This document shows positions 1-8,055 of a DNA stretch of 44,975 bases, in pieces. The translations under genes and the position numbers were made by a program. Within the stretch, counting starts at the first letter, position 1; each line of letters opens with the position of its first letter. The notes beneath the pieces are model-generated. The model made no database searches. It was given only the letters and a program-made list of their open reading frames with translations, and was not told where the DNA came from. The stretch is from an uncultured Rhodospirillaceae bacterium (GTDB taxonomy: Bacteria > Pseudomonadota > Alphaproteobacteria > MPNO01 > UBA2964), in the NCBI GenBank assembly GCA_964477025.1, contig CAYZDH010000001.1:1-44975 (forward strand), written 5' to 3'.

Positions 1-318
1 GGAGCAGAAGTTTCAGTGGGGGTAAAGGCACAGGAACTTTTGGCGATTGATGGCGTTGCCGCTAATGTTGTCTCGATGCCGTGCTGGGAATTATTTGATG
101 CACAGCCAGCAGTGTATCGCGCGTCGGTCCTCGGCGAGAACACAGTTAAAGTTGCTGTAGAAGCAGCCGTGTCTATGGGTTGGGAAAAATATATTGGTCC
201 GGATGGCGCCTTTATCGGCATGTCGGGCTTTGGCGCATCGGCGCCAGCTAGTGATTTGTTTAAACACTTTGGAATTACCGCGGAAGCGGTCGCGGCGGCG
301 GCCAAAAAGCGGTTATAG
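1..318 (+). CDS. tkt: Transketolase, C-terminal fragment (5' end lies outside the window)
   Basis: The frame is open from base 1. The C-terminal sequence ...GMSGFGASAPASDLFKHFGIT... is typical of transketolase, and it precedes gap-pgk. Confidence 0.85.
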   Translation, partial: GAEVSVGVKAQELLAIDGVAANVVSMPCWELFDAQPAVYRASVLGENTVKVAVEAAVSMGWEKYIGPDGAFIGMSGFGASAPASDLFKHFGITAEAVAAAAKKRL

Positions 319-343
319 GAAACATCTATAAACGGAGGGAATT

Positions 344-1354
344 ATGGCAGTAAGAGTAGCCATCAACGGATTTGGCCGCATTGGGCGGCTGGTTTTGCGC
401 GCCGCTTATGAAAGTGGACGTAAGGATATTGAATTTGTCGCAATTAATGATCTTGGTAGTATCGATGCCAACGCCTTGCTTTTGCAGCGAGACACAATTC
501 ACGGACCTTTCCCTGGCAGGGTGAAGACTACTAAGACTGGCATTAATGTCGGCAAGGGTAATATTAAAATCTATGCGGAACGAGATCCGGCGAACCTCCC
601 CTGGGGCAAGCTCGGGATTGATGTAGTGCTAGAATGCACCGGTATTTTTACCAAACGTGAGCACGCCGATGCCCATATAGCGGCAGGTGCAAAGAAGGTC
701 TTGATCTCCGCCCCCGCAACAGGAGAAGATTTGACAGTTGTTTGTGGGGTGAATGATAAAAAGCTCCGCAAGAGCCATACCGTGGTTTCCAATGCATCCT
801 GCACCACTAACTGTCTCGCGCCGGTTGCAGCTGTTTTGCATAAGGCCTTCGGTATTCAGCAGGGCTATATGACTACTATCCATGCCTATACCGGTGACCA
901 GCGCTTGCAGGATACCTTGCACCCCGACCCGCGCCGTGCACGAGCGGCCGCATATTCCATGATTCCTACCTCAACGGGCGCCGCCAAGGCGGTTGGTCTG
1001 GTTCTCCCAGAACTGAATGGTAAACTCGATGGTACTTCGATCCGCGTGCCGACCGCCAACGTGTCGATTGTTGATCTCAACTTCACCGCAAAACGGAAAA
1101 CGTCGGTAGAAGAGATCAATAAGTCTATCGTTAAGGCAGCAGGCAGTGCGGCGTTAAAGAATATTCTGATAACTAATGATGAGCCTTTGGTGTCCTCGGA
1201 TTTCAATCATAATCCTGCGAGCTCAATCTTTGACCTGACCCAGACCCAAGTCATTGAAGGTAGACTCTGTCGGGTTGCCTCGTGGTATGACAATGAGTGG
1301 GGCTTCTCTAACCGAATGTCCGATACGGCGGTGAAGATGGGTAAGCTTGGTTAA
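344..1354 (+). CDS. gap: Glyceraldehyde-3-phosphate dehydrogenase
   Basis: 336 aa with the [11 protein letters not shown]-binding motif and the [12 protein letters not shown] catalytic Cys motif. A GGAGGGA RBS lies upstream. Confidence 0.97.
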   Translation: MAVRVAINGFGRIGRLVLRAAYESGRKDIEFVAINDLGSIDANALLLQRDTIHGPFPGRVKTTKTGINVGKGNIKIYAERDPANLPWGKLGIDVVLECTGIFTKREHADAHIAAGAKKVLISAPATGEDLTVVCGVNDKKLRKSHTVVSNASCTTNCLAPVAAVLHKAFGIQQGYMTTIHAYTGDQRLQDTLHPDPRRARAAAYSMIPTSTGAAKAVGLVLPELNGKLDGTSIRVPTANVSIVDLNFTAKRKTSVEEINKSIVKAAGSAALKNILITNDEPLVSSDFNHNPASSIFDLTQTQVIEGRLCRVASWYDNEWGFSNRMSDTAVKMGKLG

Positions 1355-1378
1355 TCTTGATTAAAGGCTAATCAAACT

Positions 1379-2590
1379 ATGGCGCGTTTTGAAACGCTGG
1401 ATACCTTGCCAGCCCTGAACGAGCAGGTAAAGGGTACTCGTGTTCTTGTCCGGGGTGATCTAAACGTCCCGATGCGGAACGGCGTGGTGACGGACGCCAC
1501 CCGGATTGAACGCCTAGCCCCAACAATTCTTGAACTGGCTGATCGTGGCTGCAAAGTTGTTGTCATGTCGCACTTTGACCGTCCAAAGGGCCGGGTCATT
1601 CCTGAGTTGTCGCTTAAACCGCTTATCCAACCCCTTAAAGCAGCACTTGGCGGACGGGATGTCGTATTTGTCGATGATTGTATCGGCGATGCAGCGGATG
1701 TAATGATTGAGGCATTACCAGACGGCGGGATTGCTCTACTTGAGAATCTCCGATTTCAAGCCGGTGAAGAGGCAAATGACGACGGATTTATAGAGGCTTT
1801 GGCCTCGCTTGGCGATGCATTCGTCAATGATGCGTTCTCGGCAGCACATAGGGCTCATGCTTCCACAGAGGGTGTCGCGCGGGTGTTGCCATCGGCAGCT
1901 GGACGGTTAATGCAGGCAGAACTAGAAGCTCTGGAAGTCGCGCTTGGCGATCCCGTTCGGCCGGTTATGGCTGTGGTGGGTGGCGCTAAAGTCTCTACAA
2001 AGTTGGGCGTACTGAGTAATCTCGTGTCTAAAGTGGACCGTTTAGTAATTGGCGGCGCTATGGCCAATACTTTCCTTTATGCGCTTGGCACCAATGTTGG
2101 TGCTTCACTGTGCGAAAACGATATGGCGGAGACGGCCCGTGCGGTCATGGCGAGCGCTGATGCAGCTGGCTGCGAAATTGTACTTCCTTCCGATGTTGTT
2201 ATATCCGAGAAATTTGAAGCTGGTGCGCCCTGCGAAACAGTTCCTATTGCTGGGGTTCGTGCGAACACTATGATCTTAGATGTGGGTGAGAGCACGGCAT
2301 GGGCGCTTGCCGATAGTCTGAAAGACTGCAAGACGGTGCTGTGGAATGGGCCGCTTGGTGCGTTTGAAGTCCGACCTTTCGAAAGAGGCACTAATATTGT
2401 TGCTCGCGCCGCAGCCAAACTGACCGCTGAGGGTAAGTTACGCTCTGTCGCGGGCGGCGGTGATACGGTGGCGGCGCTAGTGGCAGCGGATGCGCTGGAT
2501 GATTTTTCCTATGTGTCGACCGCGGGCGGCGCTTTCCTAGAATGGCTTGAAGGTAAGGAGCTACCCGGCGTCGCCGCACTAGAGCCCTAG
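1379..2590 (+). CDS. pgk: Phosphoglycerate kinase
   Basis: 403 aa with the RGDLNVP and GGGDT motifs. Length and gap-pgk synteny fit. Confidence 0.97.
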   Translation: MARFETLDTLPALNEQVKGTRVLVRGDLNVPMRNGVVTDATRIERLAPTILELADRGCKVVVMSHFDRPKGRVIPELSLKPLIQPLKAALGGRDVVFVDDCIGDAADVMIEALPDGGIALLENLRFQAGEEANDDGFIEALASLGDAFVNDAFSAAHRAHASTEGVARVLPSAAGRLMQAELEALEVALGDPVRPVMAVVGGAKVSTKLGVLSNLVSKVDRLVIGGAMANTFLYALGTNVGASLCENDMAETARAVMASADAAGCEIVLPSDVVISEKFEAGAPCETVPIAGVRANTMILDVGESTAWALADSLKDCKTVLWNGPLGAFEVRPFERGTNIVARAAAKLTAEGKLRSVAGGGDTVAALVAADALDDFSYVSTAGGAFLEWLEGKELPGVAALEP

Positions 2591-2595
2591 GCCAA

Positions 2596-3336
2596 CTATG
2601 ATTGTTTCGTAATGGCGCGTTGGCGGCGGGCGATATAGGTCACAACCTCTGCTTCCGTCATGGTGTTCCGGAACATTTCGTTGCGCATCCATACGCGCTG
2701 CAGGCTTACATCGATCATCGCCTCCTTCATCTTTTTCATATCAGCTTTAGTCTTAACCATCCTTGCAGCAATTTCGGCCTGCACCATATAATGGTCTTTC
2801 TCATCTTCCCAAATCACCCGCATGGCCTTGGCTGTCATTTGGTTAATCTTGTTACCCTTTAAATTTTTTCCTACACGAAAGAGCGCCGTGCCGCCGCCTT
2901 CGGTGATGCCTACGGCGGCTTTACCAAGGGGTCCACCCTTCTGTACATAGCGTCGGCGGATATCTCCTAACTTTTTCTCCTGCGGCAATTGTTTCAAATC
3001 CCTCTTGGAGAGTTTCCGGCCCTGAACATGCTCAAGTACATCGGCTAACATGACAAAATGACTATATTCAGAAACCAGCTGTTCTAGTAAAATCAGATAA
3101 TCATGACGATTGATAGTTTTCCCCACTTTCGGAAACATGTCGGCGGCTTGAGTTAGCTCCCGATGCAGGCCATTGAAAAAACCATCGACCGGGTTGAGCT
3201 CTTTCCAGAGCTGGGCGCGTAGGTAAAACGCATGGTCTTCCGATTTAGCGGTTTTGTAAAAACGTCGTGCAATTTCACCCTCAGCATCCCAATAGGGTTT
3301 TGCGGTATCGATGAGTTGCTGCATCTTTGTAGCCAT
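2596..3336 (-). CDS. Hypothetical protein with two E...ExxH motifs (possible ferritin-like diiron four-helix-bundle protein)
   Basis: Long ORF. I prefer the ATG at 3336 (MATKMQQ...), which follows an AAGGA RBS, over the GTG at 3354 given in the ORF track. The motifs are RE-x29-EYSH and TE-x32-EKDH. I do not recognise the family. Confidence 0.6.
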   Translation of the reverse strand: MATKMQQLIDTAKPYWDAEGEIARRFYKTAKSEDHAFYLRAQLWKELNPVDGFFNGLHRELTQAADMFPKVGKTINRHDYLILLEQLVSEYSHFVMLADVLEHVQGRKLSKRDLKQLPQEKKLGDIRRRYVQKGGPLGKAAVGITEGGGTALFRVGKNLKGNKINQMTAKAMRVIWEDEKDHYMVQAEIAARMVKTKADMKKMKEAMIDVSLQRVWMRNEMFRNTMTEAEVVTYIARRQRAITKQS

Positions 3337-3468
3337 TTGGCGTATCCTTATCACTAAATCTTTATGTCGAGGGAAATTAACCGGTGCGTTTCATTGCCGC
3401 AAGGGCGCTAACTGGCCGGCACGCGAGCGGTAGGCTATGTTACCCATGATTTTTGGAGATCAATTTAT

Positions 3469-5190
3469 ATGATGCGTGTTACGACAGATGTGTTTGTGGT
3501 TGGTGCAGGCGGAGCTGGTATGTATGCAGCCATATCTGCGGCCCGTGAAGGGGCTGACGTTATAGTTGCTGACAAAAGTCTGATTAGCCGCGGTGGAGCA
3601 ACAATCATGGCGCAGATGACTGTGGCGTCTGCTGTTGGGCATGAAGAACCTGACCATTGGACTCATCACTTGGCCGATACAATCGAAGCCGGGCACAGTT
3701 TATGTAATGAAGAATTGTCGGCGATCCTATGTGAAGAATCTGTCGCCCGAATTCACGAGATGGATGAATGGAAAGTCGGGTGGGCACGGGTTGACGGCCG
3801 CATGACACAAGTTCATGCGCCGGGCCATGGGCTCAAGCGTTGTGTCTACGTTGATTATTTAAATACCGGCCCCGCGGTAGCTCGTGCTTTGCGGGGTGAG
3901 GTAGCCCAACGGGCTGGTATCCGGCGGGCGAGCGGGCTAGCGGTGATTGAAATTATTGTCCGGGACGGTGAGGCGTTTGGTGCGGTCGGTATAGATGTTG
4001 AAAGCGGGGAGATAGTGCTGGTGGAGGCCGGCGCAGTTATCCTTGCGGCGGGGGGTCTGACCAAACTTTACAAGCGCAACAGTGCCTCGATAAATATGGG
4101 TGGGGAAGCGTTCTCCTTAGCGCTACATGCCGGCGCTGAACTGATTGATATGGAATTTGTGCAATTTTTTCCTATTGGCCATTTGGCCCCAAGAATGGTG
4201 GGGATGGATCCTATAATGTGGGATCCGTTTCGCTACAAGGTTGGCGGTCGGCTGCTCAACGGAAACTTCGAAGAGTTTATTCATAATTACGGTGCGTCTG
4301 ATAGCGGCACCTATACCGCTCGGCGTGATGTTGCGTCCTATGCAATTTATAAGGAAGTTGAGGAAGGTCGCGGCTCTCCCCATGGGGGCGTGTGGCTTAG
4401 CTTTGATCATATCTCTGAGGATGTAATGAAAGAAAAGTTTGGTCCGATGATCGGTCGCCTCGCCAAAAATGGAATTGACCTCCAGAAATCGGCGATCGAG
4501 GTCTCGCCGATAGCCCATTACCATATGGGCGGTATCCGAGTGGATACCCAAATGAAGACCCGTATACCGGGTCTATATGCAGCGGGTGAGGCTGTCGGCG
4601 GTGCCAATGGTGCTACCCGCCTTTCCGGTAACGCTATCCCGGAAGCCTTTGTCTTTGGTGAACGCGCTGGTCGTTTTAGCGCTGCATTCGCCAAAGGACG
4701 GTCACGCGTGCCTATCGAAGAGGCAGCGGCAACGGCAATCATTTCCGAACCTAAGTCCCAGTTAAAAAGGGGTGCTAAACCGGGTGGTAGTGCGACGGCC
4801 TTGATGACCGAATTGCAGTCTCTAATGTGGGATAAGGTTGGCTTATTTCGAACAGGAGAGAAGTTGGAACAAGCGTTGTTGCGCATCCGTTCAATGAAAA
4901 ATAATGATCTACGAAACATCACAATTCCTGACAATGCGCCATTTAATCAGGCGTTACTTGATTGGTACGAGCTGCGCGCCGGATTGCTTTGTGCGGAGTC
5001 TGTTACCCTGGCGGCAATCAACCGGACGGAAAGCCGCGGGGCTCACCAACGCGAGGATATCACGGAAGCATCCCCGGAATTCGAGCGGAACCAAACCGTT
5101 GAATTGTCAGGTGATGAGTTGGTGACCGGTTGGGCTGAAGTCCCGAGAATTTCTTATACTCTCGAAGAAAAACAGGCGGCGGTGATATGA
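3469..5190 (+). CDS. FAD-dependent oxidoreductase of the SdhA/FrdA/NadB flavoprotein family (a paralogue, not the respiratory SdhA)
   Basis: 573 aa with an N-terminal VVGAGGAG dinucleotide fold. HYHMGG, GATRLSGNA and ESRGAHQRED align with SdhA motifs. The covalent-FAD His is absent and FHPTG reads FFPIG. Confidence 0.85.
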   Translation: MMRVTTDVFVVGAGGAGMYAAISAAREGADVIVADKSLISRGGATIMAQMTVASAVGHEEPDHWTHHLADTIEAGHSLCNEELSAILCEESVARIHEMDEWKVGWARVDGRMTQVHAPGHGLKRCVYVDYLNTGPAVARALRGEVAQRAGIRRASGLAVIEIIVRDGEAFGAVGIDVESGEIVLVEAGAVILAAGGLTKLYKRNSASINMGGEAFSLALHAGAELIDMEFVQFFPIGHLAPRMVGMDPIMWDPFRYKVGGRLLNGNFEEFIHNYGASDSGTYTARRDVASYAIYKEVEEGRGSPHGGVWLSFDHISEDVMKEKFGPMIGRLAKNGIDLQKSAIEVSPIAHYHMGGIRVDTQMKTRIPGLYAAGEAVGGANGATRLSGNAIPEAFVFGERAGRFSAAFAKGRSRVPIEEAAATAIISEPKSQLKRGAKPGGSATALMTELQSLMWDKVGLFRTGEKLEQALLRIRSMKNNDLRNITIPDNAPFNQALLDWYELRAGLLCAESVTLAAINRTESRGAHQREDITEASPEFERNQTVELSGDELVTGWAEVPRISYTLEEKQAAVI

Positions 5191-5540
5191 ACGAAAACTT
5201 AAAAACTATACTTAAAGTCTACCGCGGGGCCGGAGGCGAAGAGGCCCGCTATGACCAGTTTGAGGTACCGCATGAGGAGGGCGCCTCGTTACTGGACGCA
5301 TTGGTTTGGATCCGTGAGAACAAAGACGCCTCTCTAGCATTCCGGTATTCCTGTGTTAGTGCCAATGCTTGCAAAGAATGTATGGTCCTAGTCGATGGCA
5401 AGGTAAACTATGCCTGTACCGCACGCCTTAATAGCGGCAACGTAACGGTTGAGCCGCTAGCCAAAAAGTCTTTGATCCGTGACCTGGTAACAGATATTGT
5501 GCCTCCTAAAGAACGTCTTGGGTCTTTAGACAGGAAATAA
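5187..5540 (+). CDS. Small [2Fe-2S] protein equivalent to the N-terminal domain of SdhB/FrdB only
   Basis: 117 aa. Its ATG overlaps the upstream stop (ATGA). It aligns with the genuine SdhB of this window up to DLV(P/T)D and has Cys spacing C-x5-C-x2-C-x11-C. It has no 4Fe-4S or 3Fe-4S domain. Confidence 0.8.
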   Translation: MNENLKTILKVYRGAGGEEARYDQFEVPHEEGASLLDALVWIRENKDASLAFRYSCVSANACKECMVLVDGKVNYACTARLNSGNVTVEPLAKKSLIRDLVTDIVPPKERLGSLDRK

Positions 5541-5547
5541 AAATATA

Positions 5548-7893
5548 TCAGTTAGCTTTGTTTGCTTGACCTTCTTTGACTAACTCAACTAACCGGGCTG
5601 GTGTAACCGGTGCTTCCGCAATATGTGCGTTAAACGGGCTAAGAGCATCCTCAATAGCTGATATGACGGCTGCGGCTGCTGGAACGGTTGATCCTTCGCC
5701 AGCCCCTTTAACTCCAAGTGGATTGAGTGGCGAGGGGCTTTCGAGAAACTCGATGTCAAAGTTTGGGGTTTCTGGTGCGGAAGGTAGGAGATATTCGCCG
5801 AAGTTAGTTGTGACCGGATTGGCATCATCGTCGTAACCCATCCATTCGAACATCGCATTACCAATTCCATGCGCAACGCCGCCCGTCACCTGCCCTGTAA
5901 CAATCATCGGGTTGATGAGGGTGCCGGAGTCGTGGGTGATCGTGTATTTGAGGATTTTGGCACCACCGGTTTCAGGGTCTGCTTCGACCTCGCAAATATG
6001 GGCGCCGTAACAATAAGCCAGCGGGTCAGTCAAAAAATTCTGGGTTGATTCCATACCCGGAGTAATACCTCCGGGTAATGCGTAGCCCGGCGTCCCGGCA
6101 ACAGCATGTGCAACCTGCCCTAGCGAGATCGACATATCGGGAACGCCTTTAACGCTTATATTTTTACCGTTGATTTCTAGGTCTTCCTCGGAGGCTTCCA
6201 GCAGGTGAGCGGCGACCTTGAGGGCTTTTTCCCGAACTTCAACGGCGGCAATGTGACCAGAAGAGCCCGCAGTAATTGCTTGGCGGCTACCGAAGCCACC
6301 CATCCCCATTGGAATTTGCTGGGTGTCACCAGCAATAACTTCTATATTTTCCATGTCACCGCCGAGCTGTTCTGCAACAATTTGTGCCATCATAGTCCGG
6401 GTACTCTGTCCCATTGGTGCTGCGCCGGTATATACTGAGATCTTGCCTGATGTCCCGATCCGCACGATTGCGGTTTCAAAGGGACCTCGTCCAGTTCCTT
6501 TGACCCCAAAAGAAATGCCAATGCCAAGATAACGACCTTCGGCACGCGCTGCTTTTTGCCGTTCAGCAAAACTATCATAGCCTGCAGCCTTCATTGTCAT
6601 TTTTTGGGCTTTGGGGAAGTCGCCCGAATCATACGTGATGTTTATACCTGCTCTTGTTTTTAGCGGCTTCTTGTAGGGCATTTCATCGCCAGGGATCATG
6701 TTTTTGAGCCTTATCTCCGCTCGATCTAGGCCAAGCTCTCGTGCGGCTCGATCCATCAGCCGTTCCATCACGAAGGTGCCTTGTGGGTGGCTGGCACCGC
6801 GCACGGGTGCGCATGGCATCATATTAGTGAAGGCCAGTTTTTGGTTCATACGGTAATTGGGGACCTTGTAGGGACCCGGGATACAGGCTGCCGCATTGTA
6901 GGGGAGGGTAATACCCTGAATTGTATAGGCACCATGATCGTGAATTAACGTTCCCCGTACACCGAGGATCATCCCATCATTATTGACCGCAATTTCGGCA
7001 TCCCAATATTGATCACGTTCCTGGACGGCGGAGATAAAATGTTCTCGTCGGTCTTCAATCCATTTGACCGGACGCCCGCATAGCTTTGCTGCCAAGGCAA
7101 CAATGAGTTCTTCGGAATAGAAAACGAACTTTGGCCCAAAACCTCCACCGACATCGGGTGTGATAACTCGTAATTGGTTTTCGTTGGCGCCTAACAGCTT
7201 GACGATGAATCCCTGCACAAGATTAGGCATTTGTGTTGAGGACCATAACGTCGTGAGATCTTGTATTGGATCATATCTGCCCACAGCGCCGCGACACTCA
7301 ATCGGATGGGCGCTACCACGATGTTGCCAGATTTCTTCACGAAAGGTGCGTGGCGCAGAGTTAAATACTTCGTCTACAGCACCGTATTCCTGGACCATTT
7401 CCATCATTAAATTATTATCGATATGAATTGATGCTGATGGAGAACCCGGTTCAAGCGCCTTCTTGCAGTCACCGACGGCAGGTAGGGGTTCCCAGTCGAT
7501 ATCCACAAGGGCAGCGGCATCTTCGGCTAGATGGCGGGTTTTTGCGATGACGATTGCAACACATTCTCCAGCATACATTGTCTCATCAAAAACCATGATG
7601 ACTGGGCCAGCAGTTTCAGCATTGGGCACGCCGCCTGGGAATTCAACGGGCAAGCGGTCGGATGTCAAATAGGGCTTGAGATCTTCAAACGTATATACGG
7701 CATAGACCCCGTTCGTTGCCTCAGCTGCAGACTTATCGATACCTTTAAGTCGTGCGTGGGGAAAAGGACTACGAACGAATGCAGCATTTACCATATCGGG
7801 GAGCTTGATGTCATCGACGTAACGACCCCGCCCACGTAATAATGAAGGATCCTCGAGCCGCTTTACACGTCCACCAAATACCTTGCCATCCAT
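5548..7893 (-). CDS. Molybdopterin-binding large subunit of the xanthine oxidase / CoxL / aldehyde oxidase family
   Basis: About 781 aa, with an N-terminal RLEDPSLLRGRGRYVDDI, GGGFGPK, ERLMD and a C-terminal GAGEGS (catalytic Glu motif). The ATG at 7893 follows an AAAGGTGAG RBS; the ORF track starts at the GTG at 7902. Confidence 0.9.
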   Translation of the reverse strand: MDGKVFGGRVKRLEDPSLLRGRGRYVDDIKLPDMVNAAFVRSPFPHARLKGIDKSAAEATNGVYAVYTFEDLKPYLTSDRLPVEFPGGVPNAETAGPVIMVFDETMYAGECVAIVIAKTRHLAEDAAALVDIDWEPLPAVGDCKKALEPGSPSASIHIDNNLMMEMVQEYGAVDEVFNSAPRTFREEIWQHRGSAHPIECRGAVGRYDPIQDLTTLWSSTQMPNLVQGFIVKLLGANENQLRVITPDVGGGFGPKFVFYSEELIVALAAKLCGRPVKWIEDRREHFISAVQERDQYWDAEIAVNNDGMILGVRGTLIHDHGAYTIQGITLPYNAAACIPGPYKVPNYRMNQKLAFTNMMPCAPVRGASHPQGTFVMERLMDRAARELGLDRAEIRLKNMIPGDEMPYKKPLKTRAGINITYDSGDFPKAQKMTMKAAGYDSFAERQKAARAEGRYLGIGISFGVKGTGRGPFETAIVRIGTSGKISVYTGAAPMGQSTRTMMAQIVAEQLGGDMENIEVIAGDTQQIPMGMGGFGSRQAITAGSSGHIAAVEVREKALKVAAHLLEASEEDLEINGKNISVKGVPDMSISLGQVAHAVAGTPGYALPGGITPGMESTQNFLTDPLAYCYGAHICEVEADPETGGAKILKYTITHDSGTLINPMIVTGQVTGGVAHGIGNAMFEWMGYDDDANPVTTNFGEYLLPSAPETPNFDIEFLESPSPLNPLGVKGAGEGSTVPAAAAVISAIEDALSPFNAHIAEAPVTPARLVELVKEGQANKAN

Positions 7894-7943
7894 AAGACTC
7901 ACCTTTGATCGTATTGGGTTTGAAATTGTATTATGTTTTAGCG

Positions 7944-7958
7944 CCTGATTTCATCAGG
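7944..7958. promoter_or_regulatory. Perfect 6-3-6 inverted repeat CCTGAT-TTC-ATCAGG upstream of the Mo-subunit gene (possible operator or 5'-UTR hairpin)
   Basis: Seen directly in the sequence, about 50 nt upstream of the start at 7893. Function unknown. Confidence 0.25.
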
Positions 7959-8010
7959 GTCCAATCTTCAGTCACCAAACCCTGTTTACTCGCTTGGCTT
8001 AAAGATCTGA

Positions 8011-8043
8011 TCAAAAAGCCCCAATTAATGGGTAATGGCTTTA
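8011..8043 (-). terminator. Candidate intrinsic terminator downstream of ftsY
   Basis: The minus strand reads AAAGCC-ATTACCCATTAATTGG-GGCTTTTT, a hairpin followed by a T run, 13 nt after the ftsY stop. The stem is modest. Confidence 0.35.
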
Positions 8044-8055
8044 AATAAATTATGT

